Source of the DNA: Priapulus caudatus
Taxonomy: Eukaryota
Assembly: GCF_000485595.1 (NCBI RefSeq)
Contig: NW_014577086.1
Coordinates: 635,885 to 668,191 of the forward strand
Reading direction: 5' to 3'
DNA length: 32,307 bases
Positions 10,015 through 20,279 of the stretch are shown here, piece by piece. Each line of letters begins with the position of its first letter. Position 1 is the first letter of the stretch. Made by a program: the position numbers and the translations under genes. Below the pieces are notes generated by a model. The model worked only from the letters and a program-made list of their open reading frames with translations, was not told the DNA's origin and did not search any database.

Positions 10015-13000
10015 CTGCATTACATATAACAACACAGGTGTGTGAATTCAAACAACTAATTCTGAACTCTTAGTTCACATCCCCATGCCTATTACTATGT
10101 AAACTAATCAACTCTCCTAACGATCATCCTCACCCCCATTCTCACTACCACTGCTCCTCTTGCCCACTCTTTGGCCTGCCCCTCATCTGCTGTACATTTT
10201 TTTGCCAATCCCTCCCACTCATTCTGCTACCTGCCCTTTTTGCTTACCTGATATCGGTGGATTTATGCTTGTATCCACTGGTGCTGCTGGCTTTGGCTCC
10301 CAAAGAGCATGCTTAACAAACCGCTTTGCCGCATCCTTGTCCAGTCTAGCGGCCTTTTCCTTATCCACTATCTGCTTCACTTTGTGCATGTACCCACGCA
10401 GGCGTTCCTGTAAAGAGTACATTGACAGAATTTACCCAGTAATAAGTACTCGACATAACTGCTATTATAAATAGACATACACCAAACACTGTATCTGTAA
10501 TAATGTGTCTGAATGCATGTATTTATATGACGATGGTGTCTTATGCGAGTTTTACTGTATTATAAAGAGAGTAAAATTTGTGCTTACTAATTCTTGTTTA
10601 ACGGGATGCTCCTTTGTGTTTTCTCCACTAGCATTTAAAAACACTGGAAAAAAAAATCAAATAGGCAAACGCACGTTTGAGGACATATCAAACACCCACG
10701 TTAGAAGAATCTAATATTATAATATACTCTAATAAATATATACTTACTCCAAAACATTGAGTTCACTGTGTATGCCACCATAAGATCCATCTTGGCCTTC
10801 TCTATGGGAAGAAGCTATAAATAATTGAATTAAAATACACACATTATAAACCAACAAACTATTTTAAAGCACTGTGATCCCATGTACAGATCACAAATTC
10901 TGGCTACAGTCTAATTTAAAATACATATATGCAGAATAAAACTCCATTCTATCTGTTAGATCATTGTTACATCATTTGGGTAGGGTATCCACTCCCTAAC
11001 TCTCCTAACAGCTTTGTAAACAGGAATAACAAAAAATCCCATCTCTAACAATAATTTGTAACACTAAAGGGGTGGACACACTAAGCGATTTTTCATGCGG
11101 TCGAGCCGCCTGGCTGAAATCGCCTAGTGTGTCCAGTGAGTCGCGGTCGATTTTCGAGTCGGCCGGCTGAGTCGCCCGAATCAAACATGTTTGATAAAAT
11201 CGGGCGATTATTTGAGTCGCGCGACTATATACAATGTGCGCCCGAACAATGCAATACTATACAATGCTCTACTACGCGCGCCCGAATGTACAATTCATCA
11301 GCCAATCAAACCATTTTCAATCGTGACTATCATCATCATTCAGCCGGGCGGCTCAATCGCATGAAAAATCGGCTAGTGTGTCCACAGCTTAACCCCACTC
11401 TAGCTAGCACTAATATATCACTGTTACCACCACGTATTATCGTATAGAATGCTTGTTACAAAATTTACATTTCTCCTTACCCTAGTCTCTATAACTATTT
11501 CACATTCTGAAGTGACAAGGTACCTTGTGGCTACATTTCAACTGGCAATGGTATCAGCTCAAAAGTCAAGCTGGTAATGCAGATGGCGCTCTCAAATTAT
11601 AATCATTCAAATACATATGATTTGTTGCTGAGTGAGGCTTGCCACGTAGTTTCATAAATCTCCCCTTCGGAAAATTGTAAAAATCCAGACATAAAATAAT
11701 GTCATCTGGTGTTTTCTGGGTGTTCTCTACCCCCCACCCCCACCCACACACACGTCAGCTTCTGGAACCTGTAATGCTTGGACAGACACTAGTCTAGCTC
11801 TAGAACTATAGGCAGGGAGCGGCATAGCCCTGCGGCGGAGCGGAAGGCTATAGTTTCAGAGTTAACACTAGTCAAGACAGTGCAATTCATAATTATGTTA
11901 CCTATAAATTTTTTGCAGGTTATAACTTATAATATAAAATATTGTAAGAAACCATGCATGCCCTGGCATGAGTCCCAAAGTCACATCAATTCTTCAGACT
12001 AAAGACTACAGTATACACTACGGGGTTGCGGTTAGGATCACAGATCAGGCTTAGGTAGGACATGTATTAGGGTTGTAGTTAGGCCTATACGTTTGTTAGC
12101 TCTGCTATATATAGCCTAGGCTTGTTGTCACAGGGGCCTCTGGCTCTGGTTGAGGCAACTACTTACAACTTGGTCTTGGGCTATAGTACTCAGCGTTCGA
12201 AATTTGTTTCGACTTTCCCCTCATATTACGCTGAAATACTACGGTTATTGCAACGGCTGTTTAGACAGACTTGTAAACGGGAGCGCATTCTAATACGCTC
12301 CGTTCCTGAGCGTAGATGGGGTATCCAAAACATCTAGAGCCGAGGGCATGAACTCCCTCAATGCATGATTCGCCACACAAACAAAACCTCGTGACACTGA
12401 CAGTCTAAGAAATCGATTGCGGCATGACCCCAGTGTTTTTATGACCGCATAACAATAAGTTCATATGTCGTAGGGGTTATCGTGGGGAGTGAGGCCATGA
12501 CCAGTGATACCTGACACGCACGTAATCAAAGTTAACTGAATTCGTCACTTTTCTTTACGTAGAAAGTGGACTATTTTTATTTATATCTAGAAGCAATGTA
12601 AACTGTATAAACTTAAAGATTCTAGGCACTTGTAACTTTGCGGATGTGCGGCAGCATTGATCTATGCATGGGGGTACCGTGGACTGCGGATTCTGTCCCA
12701 TATAACCTTTTTTATATTTTGGCGAGGGTTATATTGGGACAGAACAGGGTTCATTGAAATTTCGTGAGATCGCATGCAAAATGCATGCGCTGCGAATGCG
12801 GCCCGTACGCCGCTATTGGCGCGAAAAAAACCTACCGTTCCCTTCTACATGACTTTACCTTGCTACAGATGTGTATACATTCACTTCAATCGTTATTCAC
12901 TTCTTAAAAGATTGTTTTTCAGAAACCAGCTTCATTCCACTTTCGTAAATAACATTCGCCATTTACAAACAATCAGACCAATCAGAGCGAGTCTATCAGC

Positions 13001-13868
13001 CCTCCTGCAGCGCCACAGATACAAGCGAGAACCAGGCTATTGTAACACTCGCTCTGATTGGTCTGATTGTTTGAAAATGGTGAATGTTATTTACGAAAGT
13101 GGCATGAAGCGGGTTTCTGAAAAACAATCTTTTAAGAAGTTAATAATGATTGAGGTGAATGTATACACATATCTGTAGCAAGGTAAAGTCATGTAGAAGG
13201 GAACGGTAGGGTTTTTTTCGCGCCAATAGCGGCGTACGGGCCGCATTCGCAGCGCATGCATTTTGCATGCGATCTCACAAAATTTCAATGAACCCCGTTG
13301 TCCCAATATAACCCTCACCAAAATATAAAAAAGGTTATATGGGACAGAATTATTCGATCTAGGGGGGAGGAGCCGTGGACTGGGGAGGAGAAAACCGAAA
13401 GTAAAACCTTTCCCTTGTGGGGCTCCCCCGACATTCCTAGAGCTGGAGATATATTATTTGACCAACTCTAAGTTACATGTATGCTGTTAATGCCAATGGT
13501 TATTTTTGTATACTATTTTGTTACTCACTGCTACAGTGCTAGTAAATAAGCGGACCACCAACTTTTGTGCAGGACCACCAACTTTCTGAAGTTGGTGGTC
13601 CTGCTGTCCACTAGATTTTCAGCCAAAATTCGAACCCTGATAGTACTAGAGAGCTAAATTTTGTTAGCATTTAGTTATGCCTGTTACGGAGTTCGTACTT
13701 CATCCTTGTTACCTTTTCATGCAAATCGTTGTGTGGTTTTGAAAGCATGGGTTTCATAATCGTCTCTATGTTGATGATAGACTCGTGAAAGTTTTTTACG
13801 CGATCTTGAATTTCATGTGGAATTTTTAAATCCATTTTCTTATCACTTTCAACTAGAGAGGTAGACAT
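9914..13868 (-). CDS. C1D: Nuclear nucleic acid-binding protein C1D (Rrp47, exosome cofactor), ~179 aa; exons 13868-13713, 10814-10748, 10643-10588, 10407-10248, 10014-9914
   Basis: Spliced frame reads [80 protein letters not shown] (Sas10/Utp3/C1D domain); all junctions GT-AG and phase-consistent. Confidence 0.93.
10248..10407 (-). CDS. C1D: C1D exon 4 (ERLRGYM...ALWEPK...PIS)
   Basis: ctttacag acceptor, cag|gtaagc donor; LD..AA.RFV..ALWEP motif. Confidence 0.9.
10588..10643 (-). CDS. C1D: C1D exon 3 ([18 protein letters not shown])
   Basis: polyT-ccag acceptor, gtaagc donor; KEHPVKQEL motif. Confidence 0.92.
10748..10814 (-). CDS. C1D: C1D exon 2 ([22 protein letters not shown])
   Basis: tttatag acceptor, gtaagt donor; AY..NSMFW motif. 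Confidence 0.92.
11068..11389. mobile_element. PIF/Harbinger-type MITE in C1D intron 1
   Basis: ~50-bp imperfect TIRs (gtggacacacta..gatttttcatgcg..gagccgcc.ggctgaa) flanked by TAA at 11065-11067 and 11390-11392. Confidence 0.8.
11795..11864. mobile_element. 70-bp mini-MITE with 9-bp TSD
   Basis: TIR tagctctagaactatag / ctatagtttcagagtta (14/17); acactagtc at 11786-11794 and 11865-11873. Confidence 0.7.
12690..13350. mobile_element. Foldback/MITE with ~303-bp inverted arms and ~54-bp spacer
   Basis: 12690-12992 is the near-perfect reverse complement of 13047-13350. Confidence 0.88.
13713..13868 (-). CDS. C1D: C1D first coding exon (52 codons)
   Basis: ATG at 13868; ...HNDLHEK|gtaac donor in phase 0. 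Confidence 0.85.
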
Positions 13869-14302
13869 TTTGGTTTGATTGTTCGTCCAGGGTCTATCGA
13901 AAGGTTAAATATCACAGAAATTGAAGGAAGAAGTCAAAACCTTAGAGAAACGCACAGTTATTGGACAGTAATTCTAGTTCAACACAAGAAATATGCACAC
14001 TGTGCACAAAACCAAACAGAAACATGACCACGCACAGCAGTGCCATCTATTGGATAATAAGTGAATAAAAACAATAAATGTGTTTTTATCACTGCGCTAT
14101 ATATACACCACAGTGGTTTTATTCAAGTATATTATTTATTATATGTGCAGATATTATATATGTGAGATAAATATAATACTAGCAGTGTATAATATCTATA
14201 TCTATATTATACACTCCTGATAATATAGCAGCCCACCATCCTGCTGTTTCAGATGTTACTGTGACTACAACAACCATAGAAATATATATAGANNNNNNNN
14301 NN

Positions 14303-14445
14303 GAGGATGGATGGATGGATGGATGGATGGATGGATGGATGGATGGATGGATGGATGGATGGATGGATGGATGGATGGATGGATGGATGGATGGATGGAG
14401 GGAGAGAAGGATGGGTGGATGGGTGGATGAATGGATTGATAAATA
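14303..14445. repeat. (GGAT)n microsatellite adjacent to N gap
   Basis: Direct reading. Confidence 0.95.
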
Positions 14446-14783
14446 GATACCACACGCACAGGCACGCACGCACCCCCCCCACACACACACACAAGCGCGC
14501 GCACGCACGCACGCACACACGTAGGCACGCACGCACACACACGCGCGCGCGCGCTCGCGCGAACGCGCACATATACGCGCACACATGCACGCAAGCATGC
14601 AATGGCGCACACGATTAACTACAAGTAACTGGTATTGTGGCCTTCGAGTTGAATTTGATGTTTAACAACGCGTATGTTACACTAATGGCGCTAGTCAAGT
14701 TCACTGTTATTCAACCGCATATAGTTCCAAAAAGAAAACAAAACGTACCTGTCCACACAATGTTTCAAACACTTCAAACATTT

Positions 14784-14825
<42 letters not shown>

Positions 14826-14905
14826 GCTGGCGAGCGTGTGTATGTGTTGTCGTGTACGTTCGTGCGTTCGTGCGTGCGTGTGCGCATGTAGGCGTGTGTG
14901 TGTGT
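14446..14905. repeat. Dispersed repeat with (GCAC)/(AC) and (TCTA)n tracts; inverted copy at ~23100-23900
   Basis: Unique core 14585-14785 matches rc of ~23460-23675. Confidence 0.8.
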
Positions 14906-15277
14906 CTGTAATCTGAAACTGGAAATCAATTTTGGAACAGAAAAGAACTTTCAACAATTTAAAAAAAAGGTAACATGCCGGTTCCTGTAGCGTATCTCAC
15001 ATGGCAACATACATGATACCTTCAAGTCTGACACGCCAGCACGCTTTCGCATTGAATAGCATATCTCTCATGCGTGATTGTTCAGCTGCTGCTTCGGTCA
15101 AGAACGCCCAAGGCACTTCACTCTGAGTCGAGCGTGATTTGCGTCATTTGCTATTAGGATATAGATTTTTCGCTATCCATGTCAATATAATAGGGGAGAC
15201 CTGGGTAAGAGGGGATATCGGATAAGATGGGGCAGTGCTTAAATAAAGCTTTTATATGGTTATAGAGGGCAGGGCAC

Positions 15278-16760
15278 CTATTCACGTCTCCCACTTGATC
15301 GATGGAAACCATCCATGAGACCGTTGTACTTCTTTGCGCGAATCTTCTTCTGATTCAGTTTGTACCAGTTTAGCCTGCACCTCTCTACTTTGTACCAGAC
15401 TGAACACAGGTATTCTTGAAACAGTCTTCCAGATCTGACAATATGATTGAAGTGTCCCTGTCGCACCTGAATTCTGTGGCTGTAAAACATGGTCGGAGAG
15501 ATTTTGCTGCCTTTACTTCCATCCTGCTTGGTTTGATGTAGGTCTACATACCAGCCATCCTCGCCATGTGGGAAAAGGAGAATGAAATGCAGTGGGTCAG
15601 ATGCTCTGTTGAGGTCGTTTATGCGCTGAATTCCACCATCGTTTAGGTAAATGACGACATCAGCTGACTCACTGGAATCATTTAATGCTAGTAGGAAGAC
15701 TTCATTGACTTGAGGTAAATTGTACATTCTGTTGTGTTCAGCAACAGATGGATGGATTGTTGTGATGTAACATCATTTGTATAGTGTACATAGTTTGCTC
15801 AGACAAGGTACAACTATTGTCTCGTTGTATCTTAATTCTTCTCTGAGCTTCCTCTTCATAGTTTCCATTGTGGATGTAGATTTCAGCAAATTTTTTATTC
15901 TGACCATCCTGTGGAAAGAGAGTATACCTATGGAGTGCCATATTCTCCCCTGAATCTTGACATTTGGTGAGAAACCAGGCACAATGATCTCTTTGTCAAA
16001 TCCTAGGCATTGTTGTAACTTCTTATGTTATTTTTGAATGCTTTGGTTTTTTTACCAGAAGCTCTTGTCAAATCCTAGGCATTGTTGTAACTTCTTATGT
16101 TATTTTTGAATGCTTTGTTTTTTTTACCAGAAGCTTTTGTAGAACATGTGGTGGGTCATGAACGGGAGGTATAACAGTTTTGCCATGATTACAACATGTT
16201 GCTGGTTGGTCGTGAGGAAACTTGAAGGCTTGGCAGTGATCCCATGTATTCTGCCATATATTGGGCTGCTTAAAGTTAACAATTGTAGGAGGTAGATCTT
16301 TTTCGGTTAATTCAGTTGCTGGTATTCGACAGGCTAGTCTTTTTTGTTGTACATTGAACTAGATGACACTAAATTGAATAGACGACACGTCTTTGTGCTT
16401 GGAGCAGTAGTCTAGCAGATGTTCGACGTGTTTCAGTAGCTAAATGTGATTAGGAGGCTTTTGCTACTTGATGCTCTAGTCCATCAGATGTTCGACGTGT
16501 TTGAGTAGCTGAGCAAGATTCGGAGGCTTATGCTTCTTCTTGTCGTATTTTCTGATCGTGTAGCTTGCTTTTCTTTATTTGATTCAGCCTGTCTTTTTGC
16601 CTTCAATAACTTGGCTTTTTGTAGAGGAATGTCCTTTTTTCGTTTTCTCATGTTGAGACCAGAGTGTGGTGGTGCTGGGTGTGACCCATGGCCATGCGCA
16701 CTAGAGGCCAATTTGCTTGAGTCTTCCTCATAGAATGGCCTGAGAACAAAATTTGTTTAC
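15278..16760 (-). mobile_element. Helitron RepHel N-terminal relic (frameshifted)
   Basis: HCQAFKF..TCCNHGK..P..DPP; KIQGRIWHSIG; KFAEIYI; MLHHNNP; DPLHFILLFPHGEDGW; FYSHRIQVR..SGRLFQEYLCSVWYKVERCRLNWYKLNQKKIRA. Confidence 0.88.
15993..16140. repeat. 72-bp tandem duplication inside the Helitron relic
   Basis: ttgtcaaatcctaggcattg... starts at 15993 and 16065. Confidence 0.9.
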
Positions 16761-17041
16761 TTTATTCGCGTCGTTCAATCGTCAAATTTAAGAGTTCTGA
16801 AAGCGCATGATAAGAAATCAGGGATTGGGAATTGTTGTAAGATAGAAGGCAAGAGAAGTCACTAAGAACAAAAGAAAAAAACAAATGAAAGAAGAAAACG
16901 AACAAAAATAACAAAGGAAAAATGGAAAAAACAATAAAAAGTAATTTAACGATTCGGTCGGGTCTGATCACGTTTGATGTACGCCAGCCGTAAATGGAAA
17001 TCGAGCGCATTGCCGTTTTCCGTTTGTGTAAGCTAGATTAG

Positions 17042-17043
<2 letters not shown>

Positions 17044-17104
<61 letters not shown>

Positions 17105-17105
17105 C

Positions 17106-17159
<54 letters not shown>

Positions 17160-17175
17160 CGCGCGTCGTGTGTGT
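17044..17175. repeat. (GT)n microsatellite before N gap
   Basis: Direct reading. Confidence 0.95.
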
Positions 17176-17398
17176 NNNNNNNNNNNNNNNNNNNNNNNNN
17201 CTCCTGATAATATAGCAGCCCACCATCCTGCTGTTTCAGATGTTACTGTGACTACAACAACCATAGAAATATATAGAGACCTATTATAGATTCAGGGCCG
17301 TAGCCTGTGGGGGGGGGCAAGGGGGCAGCTGCCCCTAGATTTTGGAGCAAAATTTAACAAAATAAGCTTCGCTAATAATCGTAAATAACCCTAACGTG

Positions 17399-17964
17399 GT
17401 TCGATCTGTCTTGGTTATTTTTTTACTTTTTTTATTTTATTTTATTTTTTTATTATTTTGTTTTGGTTTTGTTATATTTATGTGTTGATTCAAAACGTAC
17501 TGCTGACGCTTCGATCGCCTCCTATCAGGAGGCATTCACAAAGCTGACTGAAGTTATCAGTTTTGACCACCAGCTGGTGTAGTGGTCAACAGCTTGGTCC
17601 ACACGTGACTGAGTCTGTATCTCCCCTCGTCACAGTTGATGTTCGGGGTCTTGCGAATCCAGATGCATGGCTTCCTTAATCCAGCGCCTGATTTTGATTG
17701 GCTCGCGATCGATAATCTTCTAATTATCCTAATCGATGGTGTGATTGGCGGTCGCTACGTGGTCCGGAGCTGAGACCCAGTCACGTGTGGACCAAGCTGT
17801 TGACCACTACACCATCTCGTGGTCAAATCTGATAACTTCAGTCAGCTTTGAGAAACCTCCTGATAGGAGGCGAAACGTCAGCAGTACGTTTTGAATCAAC
17901 ACGGTTGTGTAAAAATTAACCAAGATAGATATATTATTTACCAACCGAATGAACTTATTTAATG
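17399..17964 (-). mobile_element. Third truncated Penelope-like element with inverted pLTR
   Basis: GIY-YIG C-terminal sequence like the other two copies; inverted arm ~17778-17930; same ccaaccgaatgaacttatttaatg tail; TSD aaccctaacgtg at 17387-17398 and 17965-17976. Confidence 0.9.
17841..17887 (+). ncRNA. Minimal hammerhead ribozyme motif (G10.1 lost)
   Basis: gtcagct TTGAGAA a cctcct-gat-aggagg c GAAAC GTC agcagtac. Confidence 0.55.
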
Positions 17965-18713
17965 AACCCTAACGTGATTTTTTGATCACTCATCCGTGAA
18001 ACCCTTGTCTCGGACGCACTTCTACCACATTATGGGCGTCGATCAAGAGCTGCGCCCGTTACACAGTATACTCACTTGAGTCATGGAATTTTGTCCCCCC
18101 CCCCTCTAGGAATTTGCTCAGCCTACGGCCCTGGTATTACTATCTATATTATTTCTGTGACTACAACCGACAAAAAACGACTGCAAATTCTTCACAGATA
18201 TGGCTTCTCGTCGGGTTATTCTACCGATGGAAGACACTCACTCTAATGAGAAATATATCCGTTTTAAAATGTTCTAGCGCTAGCATGTAGGCCTATATAT
18301 GCCCATTTATCTGCCATATGTTGTTATTAATTAAGATTACGGCATAATTCAAGCAGTTAAAGCTTGAATACAAAAGCATGCAGCATAAAACGTTTACGAG
18401 TTACTCCGTAATGCAGTTATACAGTGTGCCCCCTTACTTTTATTTGTCAATGCTTCCCCTGCGTCCAATATGCATCGGTATGCAAGATTCAACGGACGAG
18501 TTCAACAAGTTCTCGGACGGCTGGCGATCGAGTGTCCCTCTACATATATTGCATGAACTAAATCGATCAACCTAGGCCTTTGTAGGCAATCATTTCATTA
18601 CAATAGAAAAGCGAAAGCTACGCCGTAAAGCACCTACCCGCAATTAGACCTGATACAATATTACAACCCATGGACAATAACATATATGCGTATATAATTA
18701 ATTTTTAATTTGC

Positions 18714-19475
18714 ACAACAACGACAACAACAACAACAACAACAGCAACAACAACAACATCAACAACAACAGCAGCAGCAGCACATGCAGAAACAACAATA
18801 ATAGAAGGATAATCATAATCGTTATCATCGCCATCATATATCATCATCATCATCATTATCAGCATCTTCATTATCATCATCATCATCATCATCATCATCA
18901 GCATCGTCGTTATCATCATCATCATCATCATTCATCATCATCATCATCAATCACTCATCATCATCATCGGCCTCAGCGTCGTCAGCGTATCGTCATCTTC
19001 GTCGTCGTCGTCGTCGTCGGTCAGTCGTCGTCCGTCCTTCGTAGTAGTAGTAGTAGTAGTATTAGTAGTAGTAGTAGTTAGTGTAGTAGTAAGTAGTATA
19101 GTAGTAGCAGCAGCAGCAGCAGCACCACCAGCAGCAGCACAGCAGCACGCAGCAGCCAGTAGCAGTGGCAATGGTAATGGTGGTGTGTTGTGCTTGTGTG
19201 TGTGTGTCTGTGGTGTGCCGTGCGTGCGTGCGTGCGTGCGTGCGTGTGCGGTGCGTGCGTGCGTGGTAGTGTGTGTGCGTGCGTCGTGTGACGTGTGTGT
19301 GCGTGAGTGTATACGCGTGTGTGTGTGTGTATGTGTGTGTGTGTGCGTGCCGTGCGTGCGGTGCGTGCGTGCTCTGTTGCGTGATGTGTGCGTGCTGTGC
19401 TAGCTGCGTGGTGGAGTGTGTGTGCGTGAGTGCGTACGTGTATGCGTGTGTGTGTGCGCGCACGCATGTGTGTGT
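18714..19475. repeat. Compound microsatellite (CAA/CAG/CAT/CGT/TAG triplets, then GT/GCGT)
   Basis: Direct reading. Confidence 0.9.
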
Positions 19476-20279
19476 TTATAAGCCCCTATATCTGCCTATC
19501 ACCATCAAAGATTACGGGATTAAATGATAATCTACCGGAGTTTCCCTCTTTATTTATATTACCAATGATATATAATTTGCATTCGAAAAGCCTACAGCTG
19601 AAACAATCGCCCGTACGCGGTGCCGCGATCACTAATATTACCATTGGGCCTAATCCCAAATTAACGGTGTAGTTTTATAAACACACGAAATTTCATGTCT
19701 ACGAACCGCGATGTTCTATAAAAGTATGTACCTGTGCCGTGCTGGCTAGACAATGCTAGTAAATTACCAGCTACGGCCTATCGCGCTATATAGGCCTATA
19801 GGCCTATCGCGCCTTTAGCGAGATAATCAGGTTGTAAGGAAGAGCGTCGAGAAACTAATCAGCCAATCAGAACAAAGTCCACTTTCGCGTGGGAGATGCA
19901 CATGCCAAATAATTTAGGCGTTGACGTCAAGAGTGCGCGCATGTCATTCCATGTGACACTGCGTATATAGCGCGCTGCGCTCATGTGTATAGCGATTGCT
20001 CATGTGCGTTTTGCGGCAAGACGTTAGAGTTGTGACAGACTACCAAGTCTCATGCTTAGGTGATTTCGTAATGCTGCATGAGAAGAGGATCACTGACTGA
20101 TTGGCATCATATCTAAATTAAACGATCGCGTGTCGTGGCCGGAGCAACTTGGAGCTTATCGCGGTAAGTCCGCATCCGCTTTAATTACAAACAGCGCCGG
20201 AAAATATGCTCAGTAATAACTTAATAGAAGGAGATGCTGTGTGTTTGGGAGGAATAAAGAAGTGCTAGTGAGATAAGAA

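Larger units (their letters stand above)
17293..18133. mobile_element. MITE with CAGGGCCGTAG TIRs (hAT-like termini) hosting a Penelope-like insertion
   Basis: cagggccgtag...G-run left, C-run...ctacggccctg right; no clear TSD. Confidence 0.65.

Noticed and set aside
12025..12085. Telomere-like TTAGG(G) units
   Set aside because: Few, spaced and degenerate; probably part of an unclassified repeat.
18698..19527. Poly-H/N/S/M ORFs
   Set aside because: Triplet microsatellite translations.
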